From NCBI GenBank assembly GCA_039714075.1, contig JBDLKA010000019.1, positions 1 to 46,346 on the forward strand: a stretch of 46,346 nucleotides of DNA, in the 5' to 3' direction. This DNA comes from Candidatus Krumholzibacteriota bacterium. GTDB lineage: Bacteria; Krumholzibacteriota; Krumholzibacteriia; LZORAL124-64-63. The position numbers and the translations under genes were made by a program. Of the stretch, positions 1 through 13,728 are shown in pieces. Position 1 is the stretch's first letter. The number at the start of each line of letters is the position of its first letter. The notes under the pieces were generated by a model that was given only the letters and a program-made list of their open reading frames with translations, did not search any database and was not told where the DNA came from.

Positions 1-1194
1 ACGAATCTCACCAACCATGACGATATTCGGATCCTGGCGCAGGAACGCCTTCAGGGCCGAAGCAAAAGTCAGGCCCACGTCGTCACGGACCTGGACCTGG
101 TTGATCCCGTCGATGTTGTACTCCACGGGGTCCTCGGCCGTCATGATGTTCCGCTGCGAGTCGTTGAGCTTGGAAAGGCATGAATAGAGCGTGGTGGTCT
201 TGCCGGAACCGGTGGGCCCGGTGACCAGGACCATCCCGAAGGGCGCGGCGATGGCCTCGTAGATGTCATCGATGGCTTTCTGTTCCATCCCGAAATCGGC
301 GAGATCCAGGTTCAGGTTGCCCTTGTCCAGGATACGCATCACGACTTTTTCCCCGAAGATGCAGGGCAGGGTCGAAACACGGAGGTCGACCTTCTTGGCG
401 CCGATCTTCAGCTTGATGCGGCCGTCCTGGGGGATGCGGCGCTCGGCGATGTCCAGCTCGGACATGATCTTCAGCCGGCTGGTGATCGCGTTCTTCAGCT
501 TGACCGGCGGCTCCATCACTTCTGACAGCACGCCGTCGATCCGGTAGCGGACCCGCATGTTCCGCTCGTAGGGTTCAATGTGGACATCGCTGGCGCCCAG
601 CTTGACCGCTTCGGCCAGCAGGGTGTTGACCAGCTTGACGACCGGGGCGTTCTGGCCTTCCTCGCCCGTGATGTCGTCGTCGTCCATCTCCTCGACCAGC
701 TCGATGTCGTCCTCGATGCCCTCCATGATCGTGGCCAGCGAATCGGTGGTCGCGTAGAACTTGTCGATGTTCTTCTTGAGGGACATCTCGCCGGCGACCG
801 CGGGCTGCACGTCCAGGCCGGTGATGAACTTGATGTCGTCGATGGCGAAGATGTTGCTCGGGTTGGCCATGGCCACGGTCAGGACACGACCGGCGCGGCA
901 GATGGGCAGCACCTGGAATTTCCGGGCGACGTCGCCGGGAATCATGTCGATGCATTCCATCTCGATGTCGGTTTTTTCCAGGTCCAGAATGGGCAGGTTG
1001 TAGATCTTGCCGACGAACCCGGAAAATGTCGTCTCGTCGATGAGGCCCAGCTTGACCAGGGCCTGACCCAGGGACCCGCCGTCCTTCTTCTGGATTTCCC
1101 GGCCTTTGGCCAGCCCCGCTTCGTCGACGAGTCCCGCCTCCAACAACTGGCTGGCAATCTTGTCCTTGTTGGCAGTCGTGGAACCTGTATTCAT
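1..1194 (-). CDS. pilB: Type IV pilus assembly ATPase PilB (GspE/PilB family), 3' part runs off the window
   Basis: Not in the ORF track because it is truncated. Manual translation from ATG 1194 (GGAG upstream) gives an N-terminal MshEN-like region, SDVHIEP, LDIAERRIPQDG, Walker A GPTGSGKTT, TAEDPVEY and LRQDPNIVMVGEIR at the window edge. Confidence 0.93.
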   Translation of the reverse strand, partial: MNTGSTTANKDKIASQLLEAGLVDEAGLAKGREIQKKDGGSLGQALVKLGLIDETTFSGFVGKIYNLPILDLEKTDIEMECIDMIPGDVARKFQVLPICRAGRVLTVAMANPSNIFAIDDIKFITGLDVQPAVAGEMSLKKNIDKFYATTDSLATIMEGIEDDIELVEEMDDDDITGEEGQNAPVVKLVNTLLAEAVKLGASDVHIEPYERNMRVRYRIDGVLSEVMEPPVKLKNAITSRLKIMSELDIAERRIPQDGRIKLKIGAKKVDLRVSTLPCIFGEKVVMRILDKGNLNLDLADFGMEQKAIDDIYEAIAAPFGMVLVTGPTGSGKTTTLYSCLSKLNDSQRNIMTAEDPVEYNIDGINQVQVRDDVGLTFASALKAFLRQDPNIVMVGEIR

Positions 1195-1345
1195 GTTGCG
1201 ATTTCTCCGCTCTTGTAAATCCACATATCCGGATCCAAACCGGCCCTTGAGCCGGATTTCAGACGCCTGGCCCGCCTCCCCCTGGACCTGACGGCCCCGG
1301 CGGTTCACTGGTACCACCTCTTTTTCGGAAGGGAACCTGCCGACT

Positions 1346-1774
1346 TTACCTAGTTTTATGGGAATCTTCAGAAAGGGAGTCGGCGGGGGCCAGGACGGCA
1401 AAGTCGACCAGGGGGGCCAACCGTGCCGAAAGCATCGGTCCGATACCCTTGACCCGGCGTAAATCCTCGGCAGTACGGAAAATGTGGCCTTCGGCCCGCA
1501 CTTCCTGGATTCGTTCGGCCAGGACCGGCCCCACCCCCGGCAACAGCGTCAGGCTGTCGACACTGCAGGTATTTACGGGCAGCGGAGTGGTCAAAACGGG
1601 CTTGGGAGCCTTCTCGGCGGCTGCGGCGTCGGCGGGGGTCAGAACGATTTCATCCAGCCAGAGGTGGTCGCGCCACTGCCCGTCGGGGGTGATGAGCATC
1701 TTGTGGCGGATCAGGCGCCCGGTCATCAGCAGGGTGAAGGCCAGCAGGATGCCGGCGGCATGACGGCGGGTCAG
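1346..1774 (-). CDS. comEA: ComEA-family helix-hairpin-helix DNA-binding protein with N-terminal membrane anchor
   Basis: C-terminus VNTCSVDSLTLLPGVGPVLAERI...FRTAEDLRRVKGIGP is a tandem HhH. Hydrophobic segment AAGILLAFTLLM. Start uncertain: CTG 1774 overlapping the upstream TGA, or a slightly later ATG. The track's extension to 2119 lies inside the upstream gene. Confidence 0.8.
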   Translation of the reverse strand: MTRRHAAGILLAFTLLMTGRLIRHKMLITPDGQWRDHLWLDEIVLTPADAAAAEKAPKPVLTTPLPVNTCSVDSLTLLPGVGPVLAERIQEVRAEGHIFRTAEDLRRVKGIGPMLSARLAPLVDFAVLAPADSLSEDSHKTR

Positions 1775-4320
1775 TAGCGGAAATCCCAGTGAAGCCTTAG
1801 ATCGAGTTCCTGGCCCGGACTGAGGGCCCCCGCAGTCATCCGGGTCCTGTCGCCGGTCAGGTTGCGGAAGGCCAGGGACAGGTTCACTCCGACCAGGCGG
1901 AAGCCCACCAGCAGATCGTGGACCGTCCGCTGGGGCAGCCGGTAGGCGCGGGTCACGTCCCAGGGATCGGCCATCTCCGACTGCCGGGTGCTGAACAGGG
2001 CCAGTTGCAGGATCCCGTCCTCCCGGAAGAAGTGGTTCTCCCACATCAGATGAAGGCGGAGATACCTTGCGGGGGGCAGATAACTCGCCCGCCCCTTCTT
2101 CTCGTCGAAACTTTGCCACGTTCCCTCCAGCCGCACCCGGCCCCAGCCCAGGAATCGTCCCTCCCGGCCCAGGCTTCCGGTCACCCTGGCGGCGTCCATC
2201 TCCAGACCGTTGGCCCAGGTCCCGCGGTCCGCGCCGGGGGCCTCGGCCTGCCAGGAAATGCCCTCGGTCAGGCGCCGCACACTGCCGTCGATTGCAAGAT
2301 CGATTCCCAGCAGCCGGCGTTGCAGGAACAGGCCCGCCCGGACGGTTTTCTCCCTTTCCAGGTCCTGATTCGGCAGCAGCGAAAGACTCCGGCCGTCGAC
2401 AACATGCAGGATGGGCGTCAACAATTCGTCACTGCGGGGGGCCCGGCCGCCGTAGGTGAGATCGAGGCTCCACCAAGGTGCCGACCCGGCGGATCCCCAG
2501 GCCAGTTCCATCTCCGGCCCGAAGCCGGCGTGGTGGTCCCACTGGCCCCCGGCACCCAGAACCAGGCGGGTGGGTCCGGCCCGGACACCGGTCCGCGCCA
2601 CCATCAAGGCATTGTTGCCCCGGCCCTGCCCGTCGCCGACGAGCCCGTCCGCCCAGGCGGCGGCGGTTCCGCTGTCGTAAACGGACCAGCGTGAAAAGCG
2701 GACCGTCAGCCCGGTCAGGGGTCGTTGTCCTTCCTGGTCCCGGTCCGGGACACGGTCCAACTCGAGGCTCAATCCCTCCCGGCCGGTTTCGATCTTCCGT
2801 CTTTCGCTGTCCACTGCGAGCGTGTCCCGGTCGCCCCATTCGAGATCCCGGTTTTTCCAGAACAGGGAAGATTGCCAGCGCCAGGAACCGGTGTGGGTTG
2901 TCATGGTCGCGGCGATGCCGTCGTCCCAGACCTCCTGCTGGTCGGCACCCAGAACCGGCAGGCTGTCCTTGGTCTTGCGCCCGTTGGAATATTCCACCGC
3001 CAGCCTGTTTTCATCATCGAGGTTGCGGAACAACCGGGTCCGGCTCTGGCGGACCTTGCCGTGGCCCGGGAAACCGTCGGGCCGCGAGTTCAGGAAAAGG
3101 TCATCGGGATCTTCGGTGAAATTGTAACCCTCGTTGTCAACGGATTCCTCGAATTCGAAGGCGGCCCGCCAGGCGGCCGCCGGAGTCAGGACATGGACGG
3201 CCCGGAAATAGGATTCGTGGTTGCCCTTGATGCCCCGGTAGGCGGAAACGGCCTTGCCCGGGTCCGGGTCCATGGTGGTCAGGTTGACGAGCCCCCCGGT
3301 TCCGCCCCAGCGGTCGGTTCCCATGCCGTCGAGTTGCTGGACAAGGCCCTCGGTCGGGACCAGCACCGGGTCGTCGGCCAGCACGTGCCCGGTGCCCACC
3401 GGAATCCCGTCCCGCACAAACATGGGCGAGCGGCTGGTTCCGGCTTCGCCGATGACCATCGCCGAAGCGCCCAGCCCCCCGTCGCTGAGGGCGACCCAGG
3501 GCGAATACCAGGCCATCCGGGTCAGGGACGTGGGCGCGAAGGGAGTCCACAGGGGGCGCTCCCAGCCCATGGCCTCGGCGGCCCTCCGGGAGGAGGCGGG
3601 CAAACGGGGTCCGGAATCAGCCACCGGAGCTGTCAGGGAATCGGGCTCCTGGGTGGCCTCTTCTGCAGGTGTCTGGGCCGGGGACCCATCGGCACCAACC
3701 AGGGTCAGCAGGAATACGACGGGCATAATGGACGCGCCGGCCTTGCCGGCGGCCAGGGGGGAACGTCCCAGGTGCGCCAGGCGAGGCAACAGGACGGGCA
3801 TCAGGACGGTGAAGATGGCGGTATTGACCCCGGCATGGATCAGGAAAAAGGGAATGGCGCCCGCCAGCACCACCGCCGCGGACAGTTCAAAAGCCTGGAC
3901 GATGGCCAGATTGGTGAACAGATCGTAAACCAGGGTGGCGGAAAAACCGGTGGCGGCCGCCAGGATCAGGGCCGTCATGCGCCCGCCCTGTCGGAGGGCC
4001 CCGGCCAACTGCCGTGAACCCAGGTTGCCGATTACGCCGGCCAGTCCCAATCCGCAGATCTGGGCCAACAGCAGAAGCGGATGCGGAAGACCATAAGGGG
4101 AACCAAGGGAGTAGATGGCGGCGGCCAGAGCGCCCGCCAAAAAGCCCTTCCGCGGCCCGAGAACGGCGCCGGCAAGGGCAATGACGAGGGTCATCAATTC
4201 CACGTTGGGGACTCCGGCCAGCAGATAGCCCACCCCCACTGACGTACCCGTAAAAAGGCCCAGCAGCACGGGCTGCCGGACCGGGGATGTTTTCGTCTTG
4301 CCGTTTCCCGGTTTATTCAT
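1771..4320 (-). CDS. Fusion: ECF transporter S-component (CbrT-like, ~aa 1-190) + internal signal-like segment + TonB-dependent-receptor-like beta-barrel (~aa 216-849)
   Basis: About six hydrophobic helices with the GVPNVELMT motif and GAVLGPRKG. Then RSPLAAGKAGASIMPVVFLLTLVGADGSPA-Q. Plug-like DGIP...GGTGGLVNLTT, amphipathic beta-strands, and a TBDR-like end FRNLTG...PGQELDLRLHWDFRY. One uninterrupted frame. Confidence 0.75.
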   Translation of the reverse strand: MNKPGNGKTKTSPVRQPVLLGLFTGTSVGVGYLLAGVPNVELMTLVIALAGAVLGPRKGFLAGALAAAIYSLGSPYGLPHPLLLLAQICGLGLAGVIGNLGSRQLAGALRQGGRMTALILAAATGFSATLVYDLFTNLAIVQAFELSAAVVLAGAIPFFLIHAGVNTAIFTVLMPVLLPRLAHLGRSPLAAGKAGASIMPVVFLLTLVGADGSPAQTPAEEATQEPDSLTAPVADSGPRLPASSRRAAEAMGWERPLWTPFAPTSLTRMAWYSPWVALSDGGLGASAMVIGEAGTSRSPMFVRDGIPVGTGHVLADDPVLVPTEGLVQQLDGMGTDRWGGTGGLVNLTTMDPDPGKAVSAYRGIKGNHESYFRAVHVLTPAAAWRAAFEFEESVDNEGYNFTEDPDDLFLNSRPDGFPGHGKVRQSRTRLFRNLDDENRLAVEYSNGRKTKDSLPVLGADQQEVWDDGIAATMTTHTGSWRWQSSLFWKNRDLEWGDRDTLAVDSERRKIETGREGLSLELDRVPDRDQEGQRPLTGLTVRFSRWSVYDSGTAAAWADGLVGDGQGRGNNALMVARTGVRAGPTRLVLGAGGQWDHHAGFGPEMELAWGSAGSAPWWSLDLTYGGRAPRSDELLTPILHVVDGRSLSLLPNQDLEREKTVRAGLFLQRRLLGIDLAIDGSVRRLTEGISWQAEAPGADRGTWANGLEMDAARVTGSLGREGRFLGWGRVRLEGTWQSFDEKKGRASYLPPARYLRLHLMWENHFFREDGILQLALFSTRQSEMADPWDVTRAYRLPQRTVHDLLVGFRLVGVNLSLAFRNLTGDRTRMTAGALSPGQELDLRLHWDFRY

Positions 4321-4326
4321 GGCCGC

Positions 4327-4355
4327 ATCTTAAGTTAACAGACGCGGTCGATCAA
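4327..4355 (-). promoter_or_regulatory. Sigma70-like promoter, probably giving a leaderless mRNA for the ECF-TBDR gene
   Basis: TTGATC-N17-TAAGAT, then 6 nt (gcggcc), then ATG 4320. No Shine-Dalgarno. Confidence 0.55.
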
Positions 4356-4396
4356 GAATTCCCGAAAAAACGAATGTCGTTGCCCGGACGCGGGGA

Positions 4397-5875
4397 TCAG
4401 GCGGAGGCCAACTCACGCAGACGGTTGCCGACGTCCAGGAAATTGGGGGCCTTGGCCTGGATATCCTCGTAGATCTCCAGGGCGGCGTCGGGCCGGTCGG
4501 CCGCCTCGTGGGCCATGCCCATGTGATAGCGCAGGCCGAGATATTCCCGGGAATCCACTTCGGCAAACTGCAGGCCGGAATTCAGGACCGTGACGGCTTC
4601 GTCGGGATTGCCCGCCCGCTGCAGGGTGACGCCCCACATTTCGTGGGCGCGGATGGTGTAGTCATCGTCGGCGGCGGCGGTCTCGAAGCTGTCGCAGGCC
4701 TTGTCGAAAAGCCCCATTTCCAGATAGACCAGGCCCATCTCGTAGAGGCGGTCCGCGTCGTCATCGTCGCCGCCGCCCCCCACCACGCTGCCGATTTCCG
4801 CGGCAATGGTATCGACCTGCTTGGATTCGTCCCCCAGGACGGCGCTGGAATCCTCGGCCAGGATCTGGGAAAGCAGATCCACGGACTCGGCCGGTTCCTC
4901 TTCAGCGGGGGCCTCGGCGGATTCAACCGTTTCGGTGGCCTTGTCCGCTTCGCGTGAGGCCGCGGCGATGAGATCGGCCATGTCGGGACCGTCGTCCGAG
5001 TCGATGACCAGACACCCATCTTCGTCCTTGGCATCATCTGTGGATGACGGGGTCTCGGGAGCCGAGGCGGTATCGGCCGCCACCTCAGGACCATCAGCCG
5101 CGTCGGCGGCCGGAGTTTCTTCCGCGGCAACCTCGTCGGCGGCGTCTGCCTCGGCCGCGGGCTCTTCATTGTCGGCGCCCAGGCTGACGGAATTGTAATC
5201 CGCCATCTCGCCGGGGGTGGCCTCGCCGGGATTGATTTTCCTGTTCCAATTGCCGAATTCGGGATAGTTCCTGATTTCCGGCGTCCCCGCCAAAAGACCG
5301 TCCACCATTTTACAGGCGGCGTCGGGATCGCCCGCGTCGAACATCAGACACGCCTGCAGGCAGCCTGCGCGGCCGGCTTCCAGTTTCTTGTCGAAGGTCC
5401 GGAAAATCTGGCCCAGCGGTTCCAGGATCCTCAGGCTGGTGGGATAGAGTTCCAACAGTTTCAAACAGCGCTTCTGGAAGATCTCCTGGATTTCCCCACT
5501 CATCTGGCTGCCGCTCTCCAGGAAAGCGGTGGCGTGGGTCTCCCCTTCCACCACCAGGTCCTGCGAAGACCGGATTTCGGCCAGGTACCAGTGCGCGTGC
5601 ATGTTTTTGTCTTCGTGGCGGAGAATCTTCTTGCAGATGGCGACGGAATTATTGAGCAGCCCGGTCTTGCGATATTTGGTGGCGGCGGACAGGAAATGCT
5701 TGATGGCCTGCCGGGTATCCCCGGATTTCAAAAACAGGTCACCGAGTTCGTTGATGACCGTCGGATTGCTCTTTTCCACTTCGAGTATCTGCTCGTAAAT
5801 GGAGATCGCCTGTTCCCAGTTCCGGTCTTTCCCGGCCTGATAGGCTTTCTGCTTCAATTGGCTCAGCTTGGACAA
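4397..5875 (-). CDS. Cytoplasmic tetratricopeptide-repeat protein with acidic disordered linker, possibly pilus/polarity associated
   Basis: N-terminal TPRs (WEQAISIYEQILE, ELGDLFLKSG), Ala/Glu/Asp-rich low-complexity middle, C-terminal TPRs (YEMGLVYLEMGLFDKA, LRYHMGMAHE...FLDVGNRL). TTG start, no signal peptide. Confidence 0.75.
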   Translation of the reverse strand: MSKLSQLKQKAYQAGKDRNWEQAISIYEQILEVEKSNPTVINELGDLFLKSGDTRQAIKHFLSAATKYRKTGLLNNSVAICKKILRHEDKNMHAHWYLAEIRSSQDLVVEGETHATAFLESGSQMSGEIQEIFQKRCLKLLELYPTSLRILEPLGQIFRTFDKKLEAGRAGCLQACLMFDAGDPDAACKMVDGLLAGTPEIRNYPEFGNWNRKINPGEATPGEMADYNSVSLGADNEEPAAEADAADEVAAEETPAADAADGPEVAADTASAPETPSSTDDAKDEDGCLVIDSDDGPDMADLIAAASREADKATETVESAEAPAEEEPAESVDLLSQILAEDSSAVLGDESKQVDTIAAEIGSVVGGGGDDDDADRLYEMGLVYLEMGLFDKACDSFETAAADDDYTIRAHEMWGVTLQRAGNPDEAVTVLNSGLQFAEVDSREYLGLRYHMGMAHEAADRPDAALEIYEDIQAKAPNFLDVGNRLRELASA

Positions 5876-5980
5876 GAGGCAGACCCCCGCTCTCAGCAGT
5901 CGGCATAACGATGAAAATTCCGTAAGCCGGGCACCAATCCCGACTTCTCCTGCATATTCATCGTCGAATGTCGGAGCGGG

Positions 5981-7315
5981 TTAAGGATTAATCTTCTTTC
6001 CGCCCAGGAAAACCTCGGCCACCGGGTTGTGGCCGGCCCGATAGGGCACCAAACGGTAGTCAGGACCGTCCAGAATGATAAAATCGGCGTATTTTCCGGG
6101 CGCCAGGGAGCCCACATCCGCCGCCCGTCCCAGGGCCCAGGCCGCGTTCAGGGTGGCGCCCACCAGGCTCTCGGCAGGAGTCAGACGCATTTGCGTGCAG
6201 GCAATGGCCATGATCAGGGGCACCGACAGGATCGGACAGCTTCCCGGGTTGAAGTCCGAAGCCAGGGCCACGGCGCAGCCCTGGTCGATCATGCCGCGGC
6301 CGGGAGCGTAGTGTTTGAGTCCCAGGGTGAACACCGTTCCGGGCAACATGACCGCGACGGTGGCGGACCCGGCCAGGGCCTGGCGGCCCTTGTCGTCGAT
6401 CATGATCAGGTGATCGGCGGAATGGGCGCCCAGGCGAGCGGCCAATACCGCCCCTCCCATGGGTTCCAGTTCATCCGCGTGAACGGTCAGGGACATACCC
6501 AGGTCTCGGGCCCGGGTCAGGATGATCAGGCTTTCCTCCAGTCCGAAGACCGAGGGTTCGCAAAAAATATCACAGCGTTCCGCCAAGCCATCGCGGACCA
6601 CAGCGGGCAAGATTTCCTCGGTGATCAGCCGGACGTATTCCTGCCGTTTCTCCCGGTATTCGGCGGGGACCTCGTGGGCGGCCAGGCAGGTGCGGACCGA
6701 CCTGATGCCGATCTCCCCGGCAGCGGTCGCCGCGGCGCGCAGCATCTTCAACTCCGACTCCGGACTCAGCCCGTAACCGCTCTTGATTTCCACCGTCGTG
6801 GTCCCATGGGCCAGCATTTCGCGCAGCCTGACGGCGGCCAGTTCGGCCAGATCCTTTTCCGACCTTTCCCGCAGGTCGGCGACCGATGCGTGGATCCCGC
6901 CCCCGGCCGCGGCGATTTCCAGGTAGGTCTCACCCTGGATGCGTCTTTCGTATTCGTCCTGCCGCGTGCGGCCGAAAACCGTATGGGTGTGGGGATCGAC
7001 AAAGCCCGGGATCACGCTGCAACCCATGGCGTCGACCACTTCCACGCCCGCCGGAATTTCCGCGCCCCCGAACAGGGCGGACAGGACCTCCACCTCGGGT
7101 CCGCAGGCAATGATCTTGCCGCCACCGACAGCCAGGGCCGCCCCGGTGAAGATGCCCAGATTAGACATGCCCTCCCGCCGCCGCGGTCCCGCTCCGTCCC
7201 GGTCGTCCAGACCGGGATCGTGAACGGTGCAAAGCTGGCCGATGCCCGTTACCACCAGGTCAACGGTGAAGGAACCATCCGGGTTTTCCGGTGCCAGGCG
7301 GGCGGATTCGTTCAT
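5981..7315 (-). CDS. hutI: Imidazolonepropionase
   Basis: PGFVDPHTHTVF, GGGIHASV, GTTTVEIKSGYGL, HADEL, SADHL and ALASDFNPGS amidohydrolase motifs. Adjacent to hutH. Confidence 0.95.
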   Translation of the reverse strand: MNESARLAPENPDGSFTVDLVVTGIGQLCTVHDPGLDDRDGAGPRRREGMSNLGIFTGAALAVGGGKIIACGPEVEVLSALFGGAEIPAGVEVVDAMGCSVIPGFVDPHTHTVFGRTRQDEYERRIQGETYLEIAAAGGGIHASVADLRERSEKDLAELAAVRLREMLAHGTTTVEIKSGYGLSPESELKMLRAAATAAGEIGIRSVRTCLAAHEVPAEYREKRQEYVRLITEEILPAVVRDGLAERCDIFCEPSVFGLEESLIILTRARDLGMSLTVHADELEPMGGAVLAARLGAHSADHLIMIDDKGRQALAGSATVAVMLPGTVFTLGLKHYAPGRGMIDQGCAVALASDFNPGSCPILSVPLIMAIACTQMRLTPAESLVGATLNAAWALGRAADVGSLAPGKYADFIILDGPDYRLVPYRAGHNPVAEVFLGGKKINP

Positions 7316-7342
7316 GATGACTTCCTCTTTCGGTTCCGGTGG

Positions 7343-8938
7343 TCAGGTATCCATCTTCAGCGAGTCCAGGGGCGCCCTGGTCACGGCCGGCAACTTCCCG
7401 CCGCGGACCCAGGCGCTCAGGCGCTCCACGTCTTCGCTCAGCGACCTGTCCGCGGGATCGGGCCGGGAAATCTTTTCGATTTCGGCCAGAAGGGCGTTCA
7501 GGGGTGCGGACAACCCCAGGGGCTGGCGGCCGGCGCGGGACGCCAGGTCTTCCCGGGTGATGAACTGCAACGCCCGGGACGCGGCCAGCATTTCCAGCGC
7601 CACCACCGTCTCTGTCCGATCGAGCACGCCGGCCAGTTTCAAGGCCGCGACGCTGCCCATGCTCACGTGGTCCTCCTGCCCGTCGGAGGTGGGCACCGAA
7701 TCCACGGCCGCGGGAAAGGCCTTGGCCTTGTTCTCCGTCACCAGGCCCGCGGCCAGGTACTGGACAATCATCAATCCCGATTCCAGGCCGGGTTCCGCCG
7801 CCAGGAACCGCGGCAAGCGGCCGCCGTTGCCACCCAGAAGAAGATTGATCCGGCGCTCGGCGATATTGGCGATCTCACTGACGGCCTGGTAGAGAAAATC
7901 CAACTGGTGGGCCAGGGGCTGGCCGTGGAAATGACCTCCGGTGACCACCAGTTCGCGGTCCGGAAACAGAACCGGATTGTCGGTCACGGCGTGCGCCTCG
8001 CGCAAGAACACCTCGCCGGCGGACCGGGCCACGCCCAGGCTCGAGCCCAGGACCTGGGGACTGCAACGCAGCGAATAGGGATCCTGGACGCGGGCGCAGT
8101 CGTGGTGAGCCGACATGATCTCACTGCCGTCCAAAAGGGCCCGGAAACAGGCGGCGACATCCTCGATGTCCTCATGAGGCCTGAGGCGGTGATACTCCTG
8201 TGCGAAAGGGAGGGCGCTGCCTTCGAGGGCCTCCAGCGAAAGGGCCGCCGCCAACGTGGCGCGGCCGATAAGATTCTTGGCCCGGGACACGGACAACAGT
8301 CCGATGCTGTTCATCAGCTGGGTGCCGTTGATCAGGGCCAGGCCTTCCTTGGCCTCCAGTTCCAGGGGCTTGCGTCCCCGGGCGTCCAGGACGGGCCCCG
8401 CGTCGATCTTTTTTCCTTCTTCATCCACCAGATGCCCTTCGCCCATCAGCACCAGGGCCAAATGGGACAGGGGCGCCAGATCTCCGGAAGCGCCGACCGA
8501 TCCGCGGGAAGGAATCCACGGGTGCAGATCAGCCTCCAACAGCCACAAAAGCTGCTCCACGACATCGACCCTGGCCCCGGAAAACCCGTGGGACAGGCTC
8601 ATGGCCCGCAGCAGGATCATGCCCCGCGCTTCTTCCCGGCTCAGGGCGGAACCCGAACCGACCGCGTGACTGCGCACGAGGTTTTTCTGCAGTTGCACCT
8701 GCTGGGCCGGCGGAATCACGGTGTCGGCCAGGCGCCCGAAACCGGTATTGACGCCGTAGATGCGTTGGTCGGAATGCGCCAGCTTCACCCGGAATTCGTT
8801 GCACTCGTCGATTTTTTCCCGGGCGGTATCCCCCAGCCGGACCGCGGCCCGGCCCCGGCAGACAGCCATGAACATGGCCAGGTCGAGATCCTGGTCTCCG
8901 ATGACGAAGGCGGGGTTTCCACTGGGACTCACAACCAC
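7343..8938 (-). CDS. hutH: Histidine ammonia-lyase
   Basis: YGVNTGFG, LVRSHAVG, MIO-forming GSVGASGDLAPLSH, KEGLALINGTQ, QDPYSLRC, QEDHVSMG. Confidence 0.95.
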   Translation of the reverse strand: MVVSPSGNPAFVIGDQDLDLAMFMAVCRGRAAVRLGDTAREKIDECNEFRVKLAHSDQRIYGVNTGFGRLADTVIPPAQQVQLQKNLVRSHAVGSGSALSREEARGMILLRAMSLSHGFSGARVDVVEQLLWLLEADLHPWIPSRGSVGASGDLAPLSHLALVLMGEGHLVDEEGKKIDAGPVLDARGRKPLELEAKEGLALINGTQLMNSIGLLSVSRAKNLIGRATLAAALSLEALEGSALPFAQEYHRLRPHEDIEDVAACFRALLDGSEIMSAHHDCARVQDPYSLRCSPQVLGSSLGVARSAGEVFLREAHAVTDNPVLFPDRELVVTGGHFHGQPLAHQLDFLYQAVSEIANIAERRINLLLGGNGGRLPRFLAAEPGLESGLMIVQYLAAGLVTENKAKAFPAAVDSVPTSDGQEDHVSMGSVAALKLAGVLDRTETVVALEMLAASRALQFITREDLASRAGRQPLGLSAPLNALLAEIEKISRPDPADRSLSEDVERLSAWVRGGKLPAVTRAPLDSLKMDT

Positions 8939-8960
8939 TCCCGGATCCCGGCCGGCGGGA

Positions 8961-13728
<4,768 letters not shown>

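Noticed and set aside
1775..2119. N-terminal extension of the comEA ORF in the track
   Set aside because: It overlaps the receptor's C-terminal strands in another frame and is Pro/Gly/Arg-rich. No slippery site was seen to suggest a programmed frameshift.
3724..3726. Internal ATG (Met199) as a separate start for the TonB receptor
   Set aside because: No convincing SD, the resulting signal peptide would lack a basic n-region, and no stop ends the S-component. It cannot be fully excluded.
4860..5170. Repetitive-looking GCC/GAG-rich DNA
   Set aside because: It encodes the Ala/Glu/Asp-rich linker of the TPR protein and has no regular repeat-spacer structure, so it is not CRISPR or a tandem repeat.
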